Source of the DNA: Octopus bimaculoides
Taxonomy: Eukaryota
Direction: 5' to 3'
Assembly: GCF_001194135.2 (NCBI RefSeq)
Contig: NC_068986.1
Coordinates: 35,962,202-36,026,201 of the forward strand
Length of the DNA: 64,000 nt
Each line of letters opens with the position of its first letter. The first letter of the stretch is position 1. Both the position numbers and the translations under genes were made by a program. Positions 27,841 to 39,950 of the stretch are shown here, one piece after another. A model generated the notes under the pieces. That model was not told the DNA's origin. It worked only from the letters and a program-made list of their open reading frames with translations, and did no database searches.

Positions 27841-28014
27841 AATTCCTAGGACAATAATGTTCATCGGAGTTTTTTTCTCTACCTCTCATTTGTAAAACCA
27901 AACGTACGTGTTTTAACTCTCAATTAGTGCTCCAGTTTATGTTACTCTGTTCGGTTTTAAAAACCAACAACTAAATTTACCTCAGATCACATGAATCAAT
28001 AGCGCCCTTTTAAA

Positions 28015-28238
28015 GCCTAGCCAGTCCATCGCAGCCTTACTCAAGAAACAGGAAGTAAGAGTGAGAGAAAGTTGGGGCGAAAGAGTACAACAGGGGTCGC
28101 CACCACCGCCTGCCGGAGCCTCGTGGAGTTTAGGTGTTTTCGCTCAATAAACACACACAACGCCCGGTTTGGAAATCGAAACCGCGATCCTCCGACCGCG
28201 AGTCCGCTGCCCTAACCACTGGGCCATTGCGCCTCCAC
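28015..28238 (-). mobile_element. tRNA-derived SINE, CpG-rich and probably young
   Basis: Reverse complement gtggaggcgcaatggcccagtggttagggcagcggactcgcggtcggaggatcgcggtttcgatttcc shows a tRNA head with A and B boxes. A related copy lies at 54560. Confidence 0.85.
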
Positions 28239-29125
28239 ATGTACCGCCTTAAAAACGTGACGGAATGGTCAATATATATAGAAATGCCCTATGCTCGAAA
28301 AAAATATATAAAATAAATGGGGTTGGAATCTCATTGATCATTTATATCGACTATTAGGACTAAATGCAAGAACTAGATTTATTTCTTCACTACCAATATT
28401 GTATAATTTCTCTTATCTTAAGATAATACGAAAGTTATTGAGGGGTGTATTGCTGTTACTCATGATGATGATTGGTTCCAGATCCGGATGATCCAGTATA
28501 CCTATTAGGTCAATCGTCCAAGCTGTGACCCAAGTTTTTTTTGGCAGATGTAATATATCTAAGTCTACAACATCCAATGTACTTTATTCAAAACGAAGTT
28601 GTGATAATAGCAAATGTTTCCCACCGCTTGTAGCAGATGGAACAACTATACAGAGACTTCCTAGATCGGCTCGACAAATTGAGATTTGATTGTAGTGCGG
28701 ATAGCATCCTGCAAATTCAGATATTTGCAACGTATTAGCAATGTAATTAATCAAATAACTATTTTTCTCAATTTTAAAGTGCTTGTTGGATTGCATTCAA
28801 AACTGGGTCACAGGTAGCATCACTTAATCGGCTTCCATCTTTGATCGAATGAGATTTTAAATGGCACCTATACTTTATCAGCAATATCATCAAGGTTTAT
28901 TCATCCTTCAACTTATTCTCGGTATAAGTTTTCCGTCGAGACCAAGCGTGGTTTTATTTTATTACATTTTAAACGCACAATGATGGGGTGACATTTGATA
29001 TTTGGTGTTCCCTTTATAACCAACATACACCAACCTCTCGAAATAGACCTACTGTCTGTAAACAACTCCGTTGCACATTCCAAATGGTTCTGCCAATCTT
29101 TTGGTTTTTCTTAATAGCAAAACAG

Positions 29126-29270
<145 letters not shown>

Positions 29271-29387
29271 GAACAAGAATCACTCATTTTATGGAAGTAA
29301 TACATTCCTGAAATTCTGGCCTTATAGCAGGATTCCGGAAGGCAAAATTAAGTTTGCTAATCATTTTCATATTATCAGGTGAAATTG

Positions 29388-29561
29388 CATATATACGACG
29401 GGCTTCTTTCAGTTTCCGTCTTCGAAATCCACTCACAAGGCTTTGGTCGTCCCGAGGCTATAGTAGAAGACACTTGCCCAAGATTCCACACAGTGGGACT
29501 GAACCCGGAACCATGTGGTTGGTAAGCAAGCTACTTACCACACAGCCACTCCTGCACCTAT
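29388..29561 (-). mobile_element. tRNA-derived CORE-like SINE (family C)
   Basis: Reverse complement ataggtgcaggagtggctgtgtggtaag...gggttcagtccc...cttgggcaagtgtctt...gaaactgaaagaagcccgtcgtatatatg has A/B boxes and the CORE-like CTTGGGCAAG. Confidence 0.8.
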
Positions 29562-29857
29562 CATAACAATGATAAATTGAACAACTTTCCAAATCCAGAA
29601 TTACGGGAAAGGATGCTTATCCAGCAGAGCTTCCTTATACAAAATATGCCATGGTCTATATTGTTAAGTAAGCTGAAATAACATACATGCAATCTTATAC
29701 AGTCTGATGATAACTGGAAGCGAAGACATATCTTTTGGCGATGACGTCAGGATTAAGAGAAGGAAATCGAAGCGTTACTGTCAAGTTGACAAAACGTAGT
29801 TCATATACGAAGGTCTAAGCGATTCCGCGTTATTAATGATAGAATCAACAACTGAAA

Positions 29858-29859
29858 AT

Positions 29860-29894
<35 letters not shown>

Positions 29895-30016
29895 TATGGC
29901 AACAACAACGACAAAGTCAATGAATATACCAATAAAGAGGACAACGATGACAATAATGATGACGACGACGACGACGATGATGATGATGATATTGAGGATG
30001 ATAATGATAGTGATGA
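29858..30016. repeat. Degenerate (GAT)n/(GAC)n/(AAC)n trinucleotide tract
   Basis: Direct reading. Explains the poly-Met/Thr ORF. Confidence 0.9.
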
Positions 30017-31179
30017 CGAACCTCTATAATTTAAGAGTTAAAATCAAATACAATCTACCAGCTTCGTTGTGTATTCTCAGTGATAGATGTTCCACTTAAA
30101 GATTTACCTAATTAACGTTTACTTCGACCAGAACAGTTTCCGGTCTGAAGATTGACTTTCAAACTCTGATTTCTTCATTTAGCTGAAAGATTGATAGATA
30201 CAGTTTCCATCCATTATACGATAATACATTTTCCATACGTCAAATATATTTAATCATATGCAAAAATAAACCGCAGAATCTCTTTGTTCTCAAGAATATA
30301 AACGCGTATATAATCAAGATGGAATGCATATTTACGAGCATACACCTACACACGAGCAATTAAAAAGAAATGAACTTAAGTTCACATAAACATTCACACG
30401 GATAAAAGTACAAACTATATAGATTGGTAATACTACAGACCATATATCTATAAATATAGGCAGAGAAACTGGAGGAATATTTACATAGAAAAATCCACAA
30501 TGTAAATACGGACATTACTTAATCCTGTTTTAGTCATTGCGTCTGGTGTTTAAGATATCTAATTCACTTATAGATGCTTTATGATTATAAGTATATACAT
30601 CCATTGTTGCTTAGTCATATGTAATCAATAGATGTTACCGTACGAAAATAATTCAATTCCCGATCATAAACAATGAAGAAACTGAATGGCAATGCTCTGT
30701 AGTCCAAGAAAACATATTGCAACATTAACGAAGCTATGAACCAGATTCATTGCACCATATATTACACGATTAAGTGTTTAGTAAAAGGAGAAAATTGCTT
30801 AAGTCCTGTATTCAAGGTTAGCGCAGAACGAATGATTACAGGAGAATTACGTCAAAGTAAATATGTTGTAGAATGCAGACAAAAGAGAAACATGACGCAG
30901 TGTGCATAACACACTCACATGTAAATGCACGAATTTATGGTTATGATTATGTTGTCTTGCAATCGGGTATAAAATCAACCACATCTCTAACTACAATCCT
31001 TCTCACACTGTTGATTGCTGTCTTAGCTAAGAAACTTCGGCTTCACATTGGAAAAGACGTACACGAACGTATACCGCCATTTGTTTCCGTCTCGTTGTTT
31101 ACGTTGTTTATGCTTTAATTTTTTAATCTCCTACGAAATAACTGCACTATTGTAAATTGTAATTTGAATAAATTTCCTT

Positions 31180-31212
<33 letters not shown>

Positions 31213-31975
31213 TGCTAGTTAAGGCTTATAATTGAACAGATCACCATATTGTGTAGGTTTCGAGCTGAATATTGCCATCAAAGAACATTTGATGCGAAAC
31301 AGACGCAGAATTCTGACCATTTATATATCGTAACTAGTAATATATTTTCAACACTATAAAAATAGACTGACTTTATTACTTACACTGAGTGTGCTTTTGA
31401 TTCCGACAAATGGACAACTAACTGACAATATATCATATGCGTGTTTGTGTGTGTTATGTATTCCATATAATATAGACTTCATTACTCTGAACGAAATCGA
31501 AAGGTCAACCACGCCCTTATTGATTTAACCTTTTATCGCACAGGATCGATAAGCTAATTAATAGCAATCTATTGGACGTGTTTCAATTGAATACGGGCTG
31601 TGTTTACAAATTATCTGGATTTTAGCCAAAGTCCGATATCAATATCCAAATTGAAATGAAAGAGGAATATCTACAATGACTGAAGCGTTAAACAAACCGA
31701 GTCTTTAGTCTATCTATGGCACAAGCACTCTTGACGAGCGTTGCTCCTTATAACTGAATTAAGTTTAACCTCAGTTCAACCCCGAGAAAAGAGACGTTTT
31801 CATTGGATGAAGAGTATGTTCTATTGTACTAATGCATTTAACTTATTTTTAAAAATCAACTGTGTTGCCAAATACATTCATAAAATGGTGGACAACATGT
31901 GATTATATATATATACACATATACATAGATATACATATACACAGACACACACACATATATATCCTATCTTACAAC

Positions 31976-32103
31976 TTCTCTGCATTAAGACATAAAATGT
32001 AAGACCTTTCTTACCCTGATGACAGAGGCTTATGTTATCCAACGCTTATTGCTTTCATTACGGACACATATTGTGATGATGGATCTTCGAGACAGCTGTT
32101 GGG

Positions 32104-32104
<1 letters not shown>
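31976..32104 (+). mobile_element. Decayed pseudo-LTR-like repeat, homologous to 38197-38355 (-)
   Basis: Shares ttctctgcattaaga..aaatgtaaga..acggacac(a/g)tattgtgatga..tggatct..acagctgtt with the reverse complement of 38197-38355. It has the same acagctgt stem-III motif as the hammerhead at 42003, and sits before (TA)n and the GIY-YIG fragment. Confidence 0.6.
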
Positions 32105-32160
<56 letters not shown>

Positions 32161-32279
32161 TATATCGGATCAGCCAGTATATCTTTGAAATGTCTCTTCG
32201 GCAACCACCAGCCGTCTTTTACAGTCCCAGAAAGACGGTTTTTCACGTCCCTGGCCCGCCGTGTGTGACGCCCCAGAGA

Positions 32280-32732
32280 TCAAGGGACTCTGTGCAATAT
32301 TAGGTGGACTATAAAACATCATCTAGACCCACAGAAATCCAATACCACTCCAGCTCTCCAAACAGCTGCCCTCTAAACAACAACTGTCTCGACCCCAACG
32401 GAATAGCAAAGGCGTATATCGGAATGACAGGCAATTCGTTCAAGGAGAGGTATGCCCAACATCTTGCATCATACAAAGACAGAAACAAAAATCATGCGAC
32501 ATCCCTATTGAATATGGCATGGACATTGAAAGAAGGTGGTATAAGCAATCCCCAGATAGAATGAATAATTATTGCTAAAGCCAAAAGATACAGAGGACGG
32601 GGTACCAAATGTGAACTCTCTATTACTGAAAAATTAAACATTATACAATCAACAGATAACATCTTAAATATTAGGGATGAAACTTCTCTCTGCGTACACA
32701 AGCAATATTTTACACTCAAATATTTTGAATAA
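32280..32732 (+). mobile_element. Penelope-like element 3' fragment: C-terminal GIY-YIG endonuclease (pseudogenised)
   Basis: CPLNNNCL..AYIGMTGNSFKERYAQHLASYK...LKE...IE*IIIAKAKRY...TKCELSITEKLNII...ILNIRDETSLCVH then TAA at 32730-32732. The YIG motif, catalytic R and E, and C/C/H/H residues of PLE endonucleases are visible. There is an internal stop at a Trp position, and the GIY half appears deleted. Confidence 0.85.
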
Positions 32733-33190
32733 GATCCCCTATAAACGCAGGTAAGCCTAAACGTGAACACACAGCACACAAACTTCACAATGACACACCA
32801 TACAATTATAAGAACAATATGCCCAAAATAAAATCATATAATGCAAAATAATGCAGACAAATTTACAACAAAACAATTTACCCAAAATACAAATCGAAGG
32901 AAGACAAGCGTCCAAAAGATGCCACTCAAGATTAACGTCCCTTGGTTCATTATTCATCGATTTATCTACGAGAATTTACGAGAAATGCTGTGAACGAAGT
33001 AAGACTGTTTTCCAAAATGGAGGCGAACATCTTCCTACGTGTGATCAGCTTGAAACAATATTCATATATTAGCATATTTTCCTACTTAACATGAAACCAA
33101 TGGTAACCTTCATTCACATGTAAAGAAATTATATATCCACCAATGTATTGCTGAGCACTCATTTCATTGTTCGACATTTACGTATATATA

Positions 33191-33731
33191 NNNNNNNNNN
33201 NNNNNNNNNNNNNNNNNNNNNNNNNNNNNNNNNNNNNNNNNNNNNNNNNNNNNNNNNNNNNNNNNNNNNNNNNNNNNNNNNNNNNNNNNNNNNNNNNNNN
33301 NNNNNNNNNNNNNNNNNNNNNNNNNNNNNNNNNNNNNNNNNNNNNNNNNNNNNNNNNNNNNNNNNNNNNNNNNNNNNNNNNNNNNNNNNNNNNNNNNNNN
33401 NNNNNNNNNNNNNNNNNNNNNNNNNNNNNNNNNNNNNNNNNNNNNNNNNNNNNNNNNNNNNNNNNNNNNNNNNNNNNNNNNNNNNNNNNNNNNNNNNNNN
33501 NNNNNNNNNNNNNNNNNNNNNNNNNNNNNNNNNNNNNNNNNNNNNNNNNNNNNNNNNNNNNNNNNNNNNNNNNNNNNNNNNNNNNNNNNNNNNNNNNNNN
33601 NNNNNNNNNNNNNNNNNNNNNNNNNNNNNNNNNNNNNNNNNNNNNNNNNNNNNNNNNNNNNNNNNNNNNNNNNNNNNNNNNNNNNNNNNNNNNNNNNNNN
33701 NNNNNNNNNNNNNNNNNNNNNNNNNNNNNNN
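33191..33731. other. Assembly gap (N run)
   Basis: N characters. Other large gaps lie at about 5261-5814, 53820-54306 and 59706-60061, and most abut microsatellites. Confidence 0.98.
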
Positions 33732-33775
33732 AAAAAAATTGAATAGTGTCCAGTCAACGGTCAATCATAATATAT
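33732..33775 (-). mobile_element. Visible 5' end of a second copy of the 59506-59705 element, running into an assembly gap
   Basis: aaaaaaattgaatagtgtccagtcaacggtcaatcataatata is the reverse complement of 59503-59545 with one substitution. Confidence 0.75.
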
Positions 33776-33789
33776 ATATATATATATCA

Positions 33790-33960
33790 AATTAAAAGGG
33801 TAAGGGATCATCAATTTATTAATTTATTAATAAATCAACAATTAATAATTTCTACCAAGCCCTTCGGTATGTAAGCACCATTATCGGTGGAGAACTTATT
33901 TAAAAGTTCATATATATTTATAAACATAATTTAGGGATCAGCAAATATTTGCTTCACCAC
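33790..33960 (-). mobile_element. Putative pseudo-LTR with decayed hammerhead-like motif, between (TA)n tracts
   Basis: Minus strand TCTCCA-CCGATAA-T-GGT(GCTTACAT)ACC-GAAG-GGCT-TGGTAGA at 33893-33851. Confidence 0.4.
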
Positions 33961-35706
33961 ATACCGATATATATATATCGATAGATACATAAATACATAT
34001 ATACTTATATACATATATACATATATATAAGTATACATACATACAATCTATTCATATATATACCTATAAGTAATAGTTTAACAAACGAAATGTAAAAGGG
34101 AAGAGGAATATGAATGAAGACCACTTTAAAATACAATTTCAATATAAACTATTTGTTTTGCATTTTATACTGAGAAAGATTTGACAGTTCTGTCTTATAG
34201 TTAAAAAGGTACTCTGACTGACATTAAATGGAAATGCCAAATTATTCTGACAGTTGACAGACAGATATAAAACTTTTCATGAATTTAAATGTAAACGAAA
34301 GTGTAAAACAAATTGTGCTTTGTGATCTTGAGGTATTTTTCAGAGTCTGCAAGCTTTTGGTGATCATTAGAACAAGGATTGGTTGGTTCCAGATTGCATA
34401 AGGACTTAGCATCGTGCAAGAGATTATATATATATATATATATATTCAAAAATATATTAGATAAATTTGTTACAACGGTGATTGGGAATTGAAACCATTC
34501 GCATATTCAAATCATCAATATCTTAGTCTTTAAAGCTTATTTACTTTTATCTTAAATATTGACTTTTTTTTCGTGTTTAGGTCGATACCAGCATGATCGA
34601 CCAAACCTATGATCAAATAATTGCAACAGTTACCACCCAATCTTTATCAAACGTTGTGTACTCGTGACTTCATTATTAATATGTATTTTTCTGAAGATAG
34701 TAGGGTGTAATGTATGAAAGCTTTGGCTGCTAAGTCTAGTAAGACGAATGAGTATATAGAGATTCCATCATTGCTAAATGTTTCAGATAAATATAGTAGT
34801 GCAAATTTTCTGGTATATATCTACATGATTTATTAAGTGGCTGTCACATAAGCGTGGTTTTGGAAGAGATATTAAAATTTAGACTATAATAGTTGCTGTG
34901 TCTTGACTAGATAAGCGCTTTCGACAATCTGGGAGTCGTGAGCTTCTTTTTTTAATTTAATTTTTTGTCGGAATTGGTAAAATGCATGACCGGTACATGA
35001 ATATTGCAAAAGAAAGATATTTAACTGAAGCAAAGTTTTTTGCTATGAAAGGGTGAATTCATTTAAAAGTTGCTAAGAGAAAATCTCACTAATATTTTAG
35101 TATCCTCTAAAAATATTGCAAAACTCGATTTCATTACTGATCATGAAAAGCTTTATAAGAAGCGATTTAACGTCCAAGATGGAGAAATATTATTCGGAGA
35201 ACCGCACATCCTGTACGAAATTGTATTTGATGGAGTAGGCATGGGATAATCAATGCTGAGTTTGAAACGCTGATGTATAACAATTTCAGGAATACATAAA
35301 AGATAGAGATGTCAGCCTACGTAAAATATCACAAACTATATTTGTTCTGAAGAACGTAAGCAGGAGCATGTATAAAAATATGAAAGGGCATCATGTATCT
35401 ATTAATTTCGATGACGTCTTAAGATATTGCAAAGAGAAATATAAACTGGTAACTGTCATTAAAGTTATCAGGAAAATACAGATCAACAGGTAATTTCATT
35501 TGCCGTTATACTAATTTCTCATTCATTTAACCTTTCAGCTGATATTCCATAGTTGCAATGTGACCACGATAACAACTAAATTTATTCCAAAGTTAAACAC
35601 TCATTCCTATTTATATATCTTTAGTAAGAAACATTGTCATGTCCCCAGCAGACAAAATAGAAAAGGTGAATAATTAAGTATGATGTAGCTAATGCTGAAC
35701 ACATAC

Positions 35707-35874
35707 CTTTTCTTCCGTAGCTTTGGCAAGTAGTTTAGCGTGGTCTTCGGGAGGCATACCAAATGCATCTTGTGCATATTGGTAGAGATCTTGCATGTAT
35801 GGTAGGTGTCCACCGATAGTCGTTCCGATCTTATGTTTAATGGTGTAGAGAACTTCAATGTAAAGAAGCTCATA
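35707..35874 (-). CDS. BAIAP3: Coding exon (168 nt, phase 0-0): YELLYIEVLYTIKHKIGTTIGGHLPYMQDLYQYAQDAFGMPPEDHAKLLAKATEEK, the pre-C2A helical segment of the BAIAP3/UNC13D/staccato family
   Basis: Acceptor ggttttctttttcag| and donor AAG|gtatgt. LYxEVLYTIxHKIG...L..YAQ.AF...EDH..LL is the characteristic motif preceding C2A in Munc13-4/BAIAP3 proteins. Invertebrate genes are co-orthologous to BAIAP3 and UNC13D, so the symbol is approximate. Confidence 0.92.
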
Positions 35875-35898
35875 CTGAAAAAGAAAACCATCAATGAC

Positions 35899-35956
<58 letters not shown>

Positions 35957-36371
35957 TTTTCAAATTTTTGGACAAGTCTAGCAATTTTTGGGTGGTAATA
36001 GATGATTATATTAACCCCAGCATTTGACTGGTACTTTATTTTATCTCAACGTCGAAATGAAGGCAGACAAAATTAAACTCAGAAGGTAAAGAACCAGAAG
36101 AAACGCCGCTAAACATTTTGTCTGTCGAACATGTTAATGATCCTAACAGTTAACTGCTTTATTAAATCAATAATGTTAATAACTCTGCCTTGGTTTAGGC
36201 ACAAGGCTGGCAAATTTGTGAGTTTATGTTTAGGCGATACCATAGAAACCTTGTTCTGAACGGTATTTCATATAAGCGCCTGTATGAGTAATCAAAATGT
36301 GACATTATGACTTATATCATTTGAAAATCCAGATTAAATCCTATTATGTCTTATACAAGGTGTCAACTTAC
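35875..36371 (-). other. 497-bp GT-AG intron containing an (AAT)n tract and a decayed SINE
   Basis: Bounded by gtaagt and ttttcag between two phase-0 exons. Confidence 0.8.
36004..36160 (-). mobile_element. Decayed SINE (family D) in the short intron
   Basis: Its reverse complement shares gacaaaat..ttagcg with 52941-52990 and aagtaccag..tgggg.taat.taatc with 62340-62380. Confidence 0.55.
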
Positions 36372-36461
36372 TTCCTGCTTTGTTGGTTGATGCAGTTTAA
36401 GTTTTAAAGCAATCTGTTGCTCTGCTGGCAACGGTTTTTCGGCTTTCTTGGCTTCTTCGTG
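36372..36461 (-). CDS. BAIAP3: Coding exon (90 nt, phase 0-0), N-terminal region of a BAIAP3/Munc13-4 family protein: HEEAKKAEKPLPAEQQIALKLKLHQPTKQE
   Basis: Minus-strand acceptor ttttggtttttattgtag| and donor GAA|gtaagt. Open in frame 0 and joins in frame to the clearly homologous exon 497 bp downstream. The peptide itself is not recognisably conserved. Confidence 0.8.
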
Positions 36462-37499
36462 CTACAATAAAAACCAAAATGAATATGCATGTGTAAACAT
36501 AGAAACTGAATTAAAAATAAGTAAATATTAAAATCATATACAATAATGATTTTCAGCAAATATATTCCTTTATTGGTTTGAATAATTAGAGTTAACTGCT
36601 TTAAAGTGTTTTTTCTAGATTACATTTACCTATCTTATGAATATTGTAAGATGGAAGTGAGGAAATCTTTGGCAATCGACGAAATTTTGCGCCCAATAAA
36701 ACTGGAAATCCCACTCATAAATTTTTCAAAAAATTCCAATGATCAGAAAAATTTTACAACTTAAGATTGTACCTCTGTTGTATTATTCATCAAAGATTGA
36801 TGTCTAGATGATTTTAAAATGAGCAATATGATCAAAGTTTAACAAAATTTACTAAGTTCACAAAAAGAAAGGATCTAACAACCTAGATGTTACAGAAGTA
36901 TTGTGATTCTATGTTCGATTGTGATGGCTTTTTCTGGCTAAAGAACTAGTGTATATTCAGCCCTTCTAACGTTAGATGAACATCTTCATATATTTCAAAT
37001 TGACTATTTGACCTAAATTGATTATAGGACTTGTCATCTTTGGTCGATATGTAATCATTTAAGGGATACATGTCTGGTGATTGGCCTGGAAATTGAGACT
37101 GCCGAAAACCGCGTGAATGTTCCAAACTTTAGTCTAATCGAAGTTTATATCTGTATTATAAGTTATATTGTTGGCGATTAGAATGTAATGGATAATAGCA
37201 TATTGTAATATATTTCAGGATATTTAAGAAAATAAATTTCAAATCCTTACATTATTAATAGCATTGTCGAAAACTGAATTTCCTGATTATGGTAACGGAA
37301 CAAAAGCAATAATCACTGTTTTAACAATGTTCTATATTTGATGCTCAACACTTGCTTAGGACAACGGAAGGAATAAAGACAAGTCTATTGCATAAATTTG
37401 ATTATACTAAGACTTGATATTATTTAAATAACAATCAATGTACACAGTATGTGGATATTCAAGGTGAGCTCTGATCCGCTGCATGCAAATGAGTTCATT

Positions 37500-37807
37500 A
37501 CTGGGTCCAGAACTCTCGTGGGAAAAACATTCGCATCCACGCAAGGTAATCTATGGTAGACCAGCAGTCGCTCATGCAAGCCAGACTCTCCTCTCCATGT
37601 CACCGATATTATCCGAAGGAAAGACAAAGGCCGATATAGCCGGGCACCAGTGACATCGTACCTTATTCCTACAGCTTAGCGAACCAGAGTAACGTGAAAG
37701 AGAGTGTGTTGCTCAAGAATTCAACACACAAGCTGGTCTGGGAATCGAACCCATCATTTCTGGATTGTGAACCCTAAAATCTAATCACTGAGCCATGCAC
37801 CTTCACA
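37500..37807 (-). mobile_element. tRNA-derived CORE-like SINE (family A)
   Basis: Reverse complement tgtgaaggtgcatggctcagtg...gggttcgattccc...ttcttgagcaacacact aligns with 19019-19311. Confidence 0.8.
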
Positions 37808-37825
37808 AACACATACCTACACATA

Positions 37826-37883
<58 letters not shown>

Positions 37884-38196
37884 CACAGATGAGATCCAAT
37901 GATTCTCGGTGTAGAAGACACTTAGTAGTGCTCAAAATATTCAAATTTAGATTCCTATATCTTTACAAGGGATCGATTCCGTAAAGAATGGCGTTGAGGG
38001 GATATAGAAGCAATTATGCAAATATGCAAATTAGGTACAAACTCGCAACATGGGAGAAAGCAAAAGTGGAGACATTCAGATGACGAATTTGTAAGTTTAA
38101 ATATATAGATATGTATCTATTTATATCAATAGGTCCAACTTACACAGAGTACAGACGACAGTGAAAATTAAAAGGGGTGAAAGAAAAGTATTACAA

Positions 38197-38355
38197 GTCT
38201 AACAGCTGTTTTTGCGGCTTCTGAGATCCATAATAATATTTGTAGATGTAATTCATCACAATACGTGTCCGTGATGGTTACAATCAACATTGAGTGAGAC
38301 GGGACTCCATCATAAGGGTAGAGAAAATCTTACATTTATTTCTTAATGCAGAGAA
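38197..38355 (-). mobile_element. Decayed pseudo-LTR-like repeat, homologous to 31976-32104
   Basis: By-eye alignment to 31976-32104, with degenerate GTGATGA...AAAACAGCTGTTAGAC. Confidence 0.55.
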
Positions 38356-38523
38356 CTTCAAAGATGGAATGATTGAATGTGGATAGGTGGAGAAATGGGA
38401 ATACAGCTATACTTAAATTACTCAACTAAGAGTCTATCACAATCGATAGCAGAAACAGCGTGTTTGTCTTGAGAATCGAGTTTCAGGTTACTGTTTCACG
38501 CGATGATCACGGTGGCGTGAAAC

Positions 38524-38583
<60 letters not shown>

Positions 38584-38590
38584 TGTGTGT

Positions 38591-38626
<36 letters not shown>

Positions 38627-39175
38627 GTGAAGACATATATATAAATATATATATATGACATTTTGAATGAAGTGTTACATTTGTTGAATCTTCGCTTCTA
38701 TAATAAATCTCTGCTGAAAAATTGAATATGTACCAAAGAAATGAAGCCCAAATATTCTCTCTTCCCGATAGTTTTGCCACTGTTATCATTGAAGGTAATT
38801 ATCAAGATTCAGTAATTATCAGTTCAATTAACAGTAAACGATAACTTATCTATTTTACACTTCTTGTATGTGAAGCATTTTCTCAGCAAATTTCAGCTAT
38901 CGATAATTCGTTCATTGAAGAACGTGAGAAAATTATCAAACAAAACGTGTGAATACATGGAGTTGAAGATATATGTAAGCAACAAATTAAACTAATAACA
39001 AACACCAGATGGATGGAATATAACACCGTTGTTTCTTGTTAAACGAGAGTATTAAGCATAAATACCGACTTTCATCAACAAAATACTTGAAGGAAGCGAT
39101 TTAGTATGGTAGCTGTTCACCAAATGACTCATTAAAAGGAATATAGTAAATTTACACGTATGAAATAAAGAAATT

Positions 39176-39217
<42 letters not shown>

Positions 39218-39219
<2 letters not shown>

Positions 39220-39950
39220 AAACTCGCACAGTCAGTCTAGGAAACATCTGATGCTACGCTCTGACAGAAAGATCTAAGTGCCATCTATACATGGGCTGAG
39301 GATAACAACATGCAATTTAATGCAAGTAAATTCCAGGCCCTTCGCTATCAGTTATGCGCTGCTCAGGAATCACGACATCAGTACGTTGGACCAAGTGGAG
39401 CAACAATCCCAGAATCTAATACGGTGCGTGATCTTGGAATAGAAATGAGCAACAATGCCTCATTTCACACACATATCAACAAAATGGTAGCAGTATCCAG
39501 AAGACTGGCCGGTTGGATTCTGAGAACATTCCGGACAAGGTACTGATAAACTATGATGACACTATGGAAGACATTTATCCTCAGCCGGGTGGACTACTGC
39601 TCTCAGCTATGGTCACCCTCTACTATAAGTACGAGAGCAGAGCTTGAAGCAGTTCATCGACATTACACAAAGAAAATTGCATCAATGGAACGACTGAGCT
39701 ACTGGGACAGATTGAAAGAGCTACGACTCTATTCCCTGGAAGGAAGGGGGAGAGGTATGCAGTGGGATGTATATGGAAGATACTGGAAGGACTGGTACCA
39801 AACTTTGGAATAAAGAGCTATACCAGACCACTGTGCTGTCTCCACTGTGCCGACTGTTTAATCTCGGGCAAGGACGATGTACTGAAATAGCGTGGGTTTC
39901 AAGGGCTGTTTAACTGTCTGCCTCCATGGAGTGGATGTAGTCCCATAAAA
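39218..39950 (+). mobile_element. 5'-truncated CR1/L2-group LINE: end of the reverse transcriptase and C-terminal region, disrupted by stops and a frameshift
   Basis: Translates QKDLSAIYTWAEDNNMQFNASKF...VRDLGIEMSNNASFHTHI...GWILRTF...LSRVDYCSQLWSP...LSYWDRLKELRLYSLE. Begins directly after a (TA)n tract. Confidence 0.92.

Noticed and set aside
32562-32564. In-frame TGA in the Penelope endonuclease as a possible selenocysteine codon (known in some Naiad PLEs)
   Set aside because: It aligns to a conserved Trp (IxW.II), so TGG>TGA decay is the simple explanation. The endonuclease is also C-terminal, unlike in Naiads.
35130-35520. Possible hAT dimerisation-domain remnant; similarly weak RTE-X-like (54700-54900) and LINE-linker-like (28590-28800) traces
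   Set aside because: Similarity is at the level of a few residues and cannot be distinguished from chance by eye.
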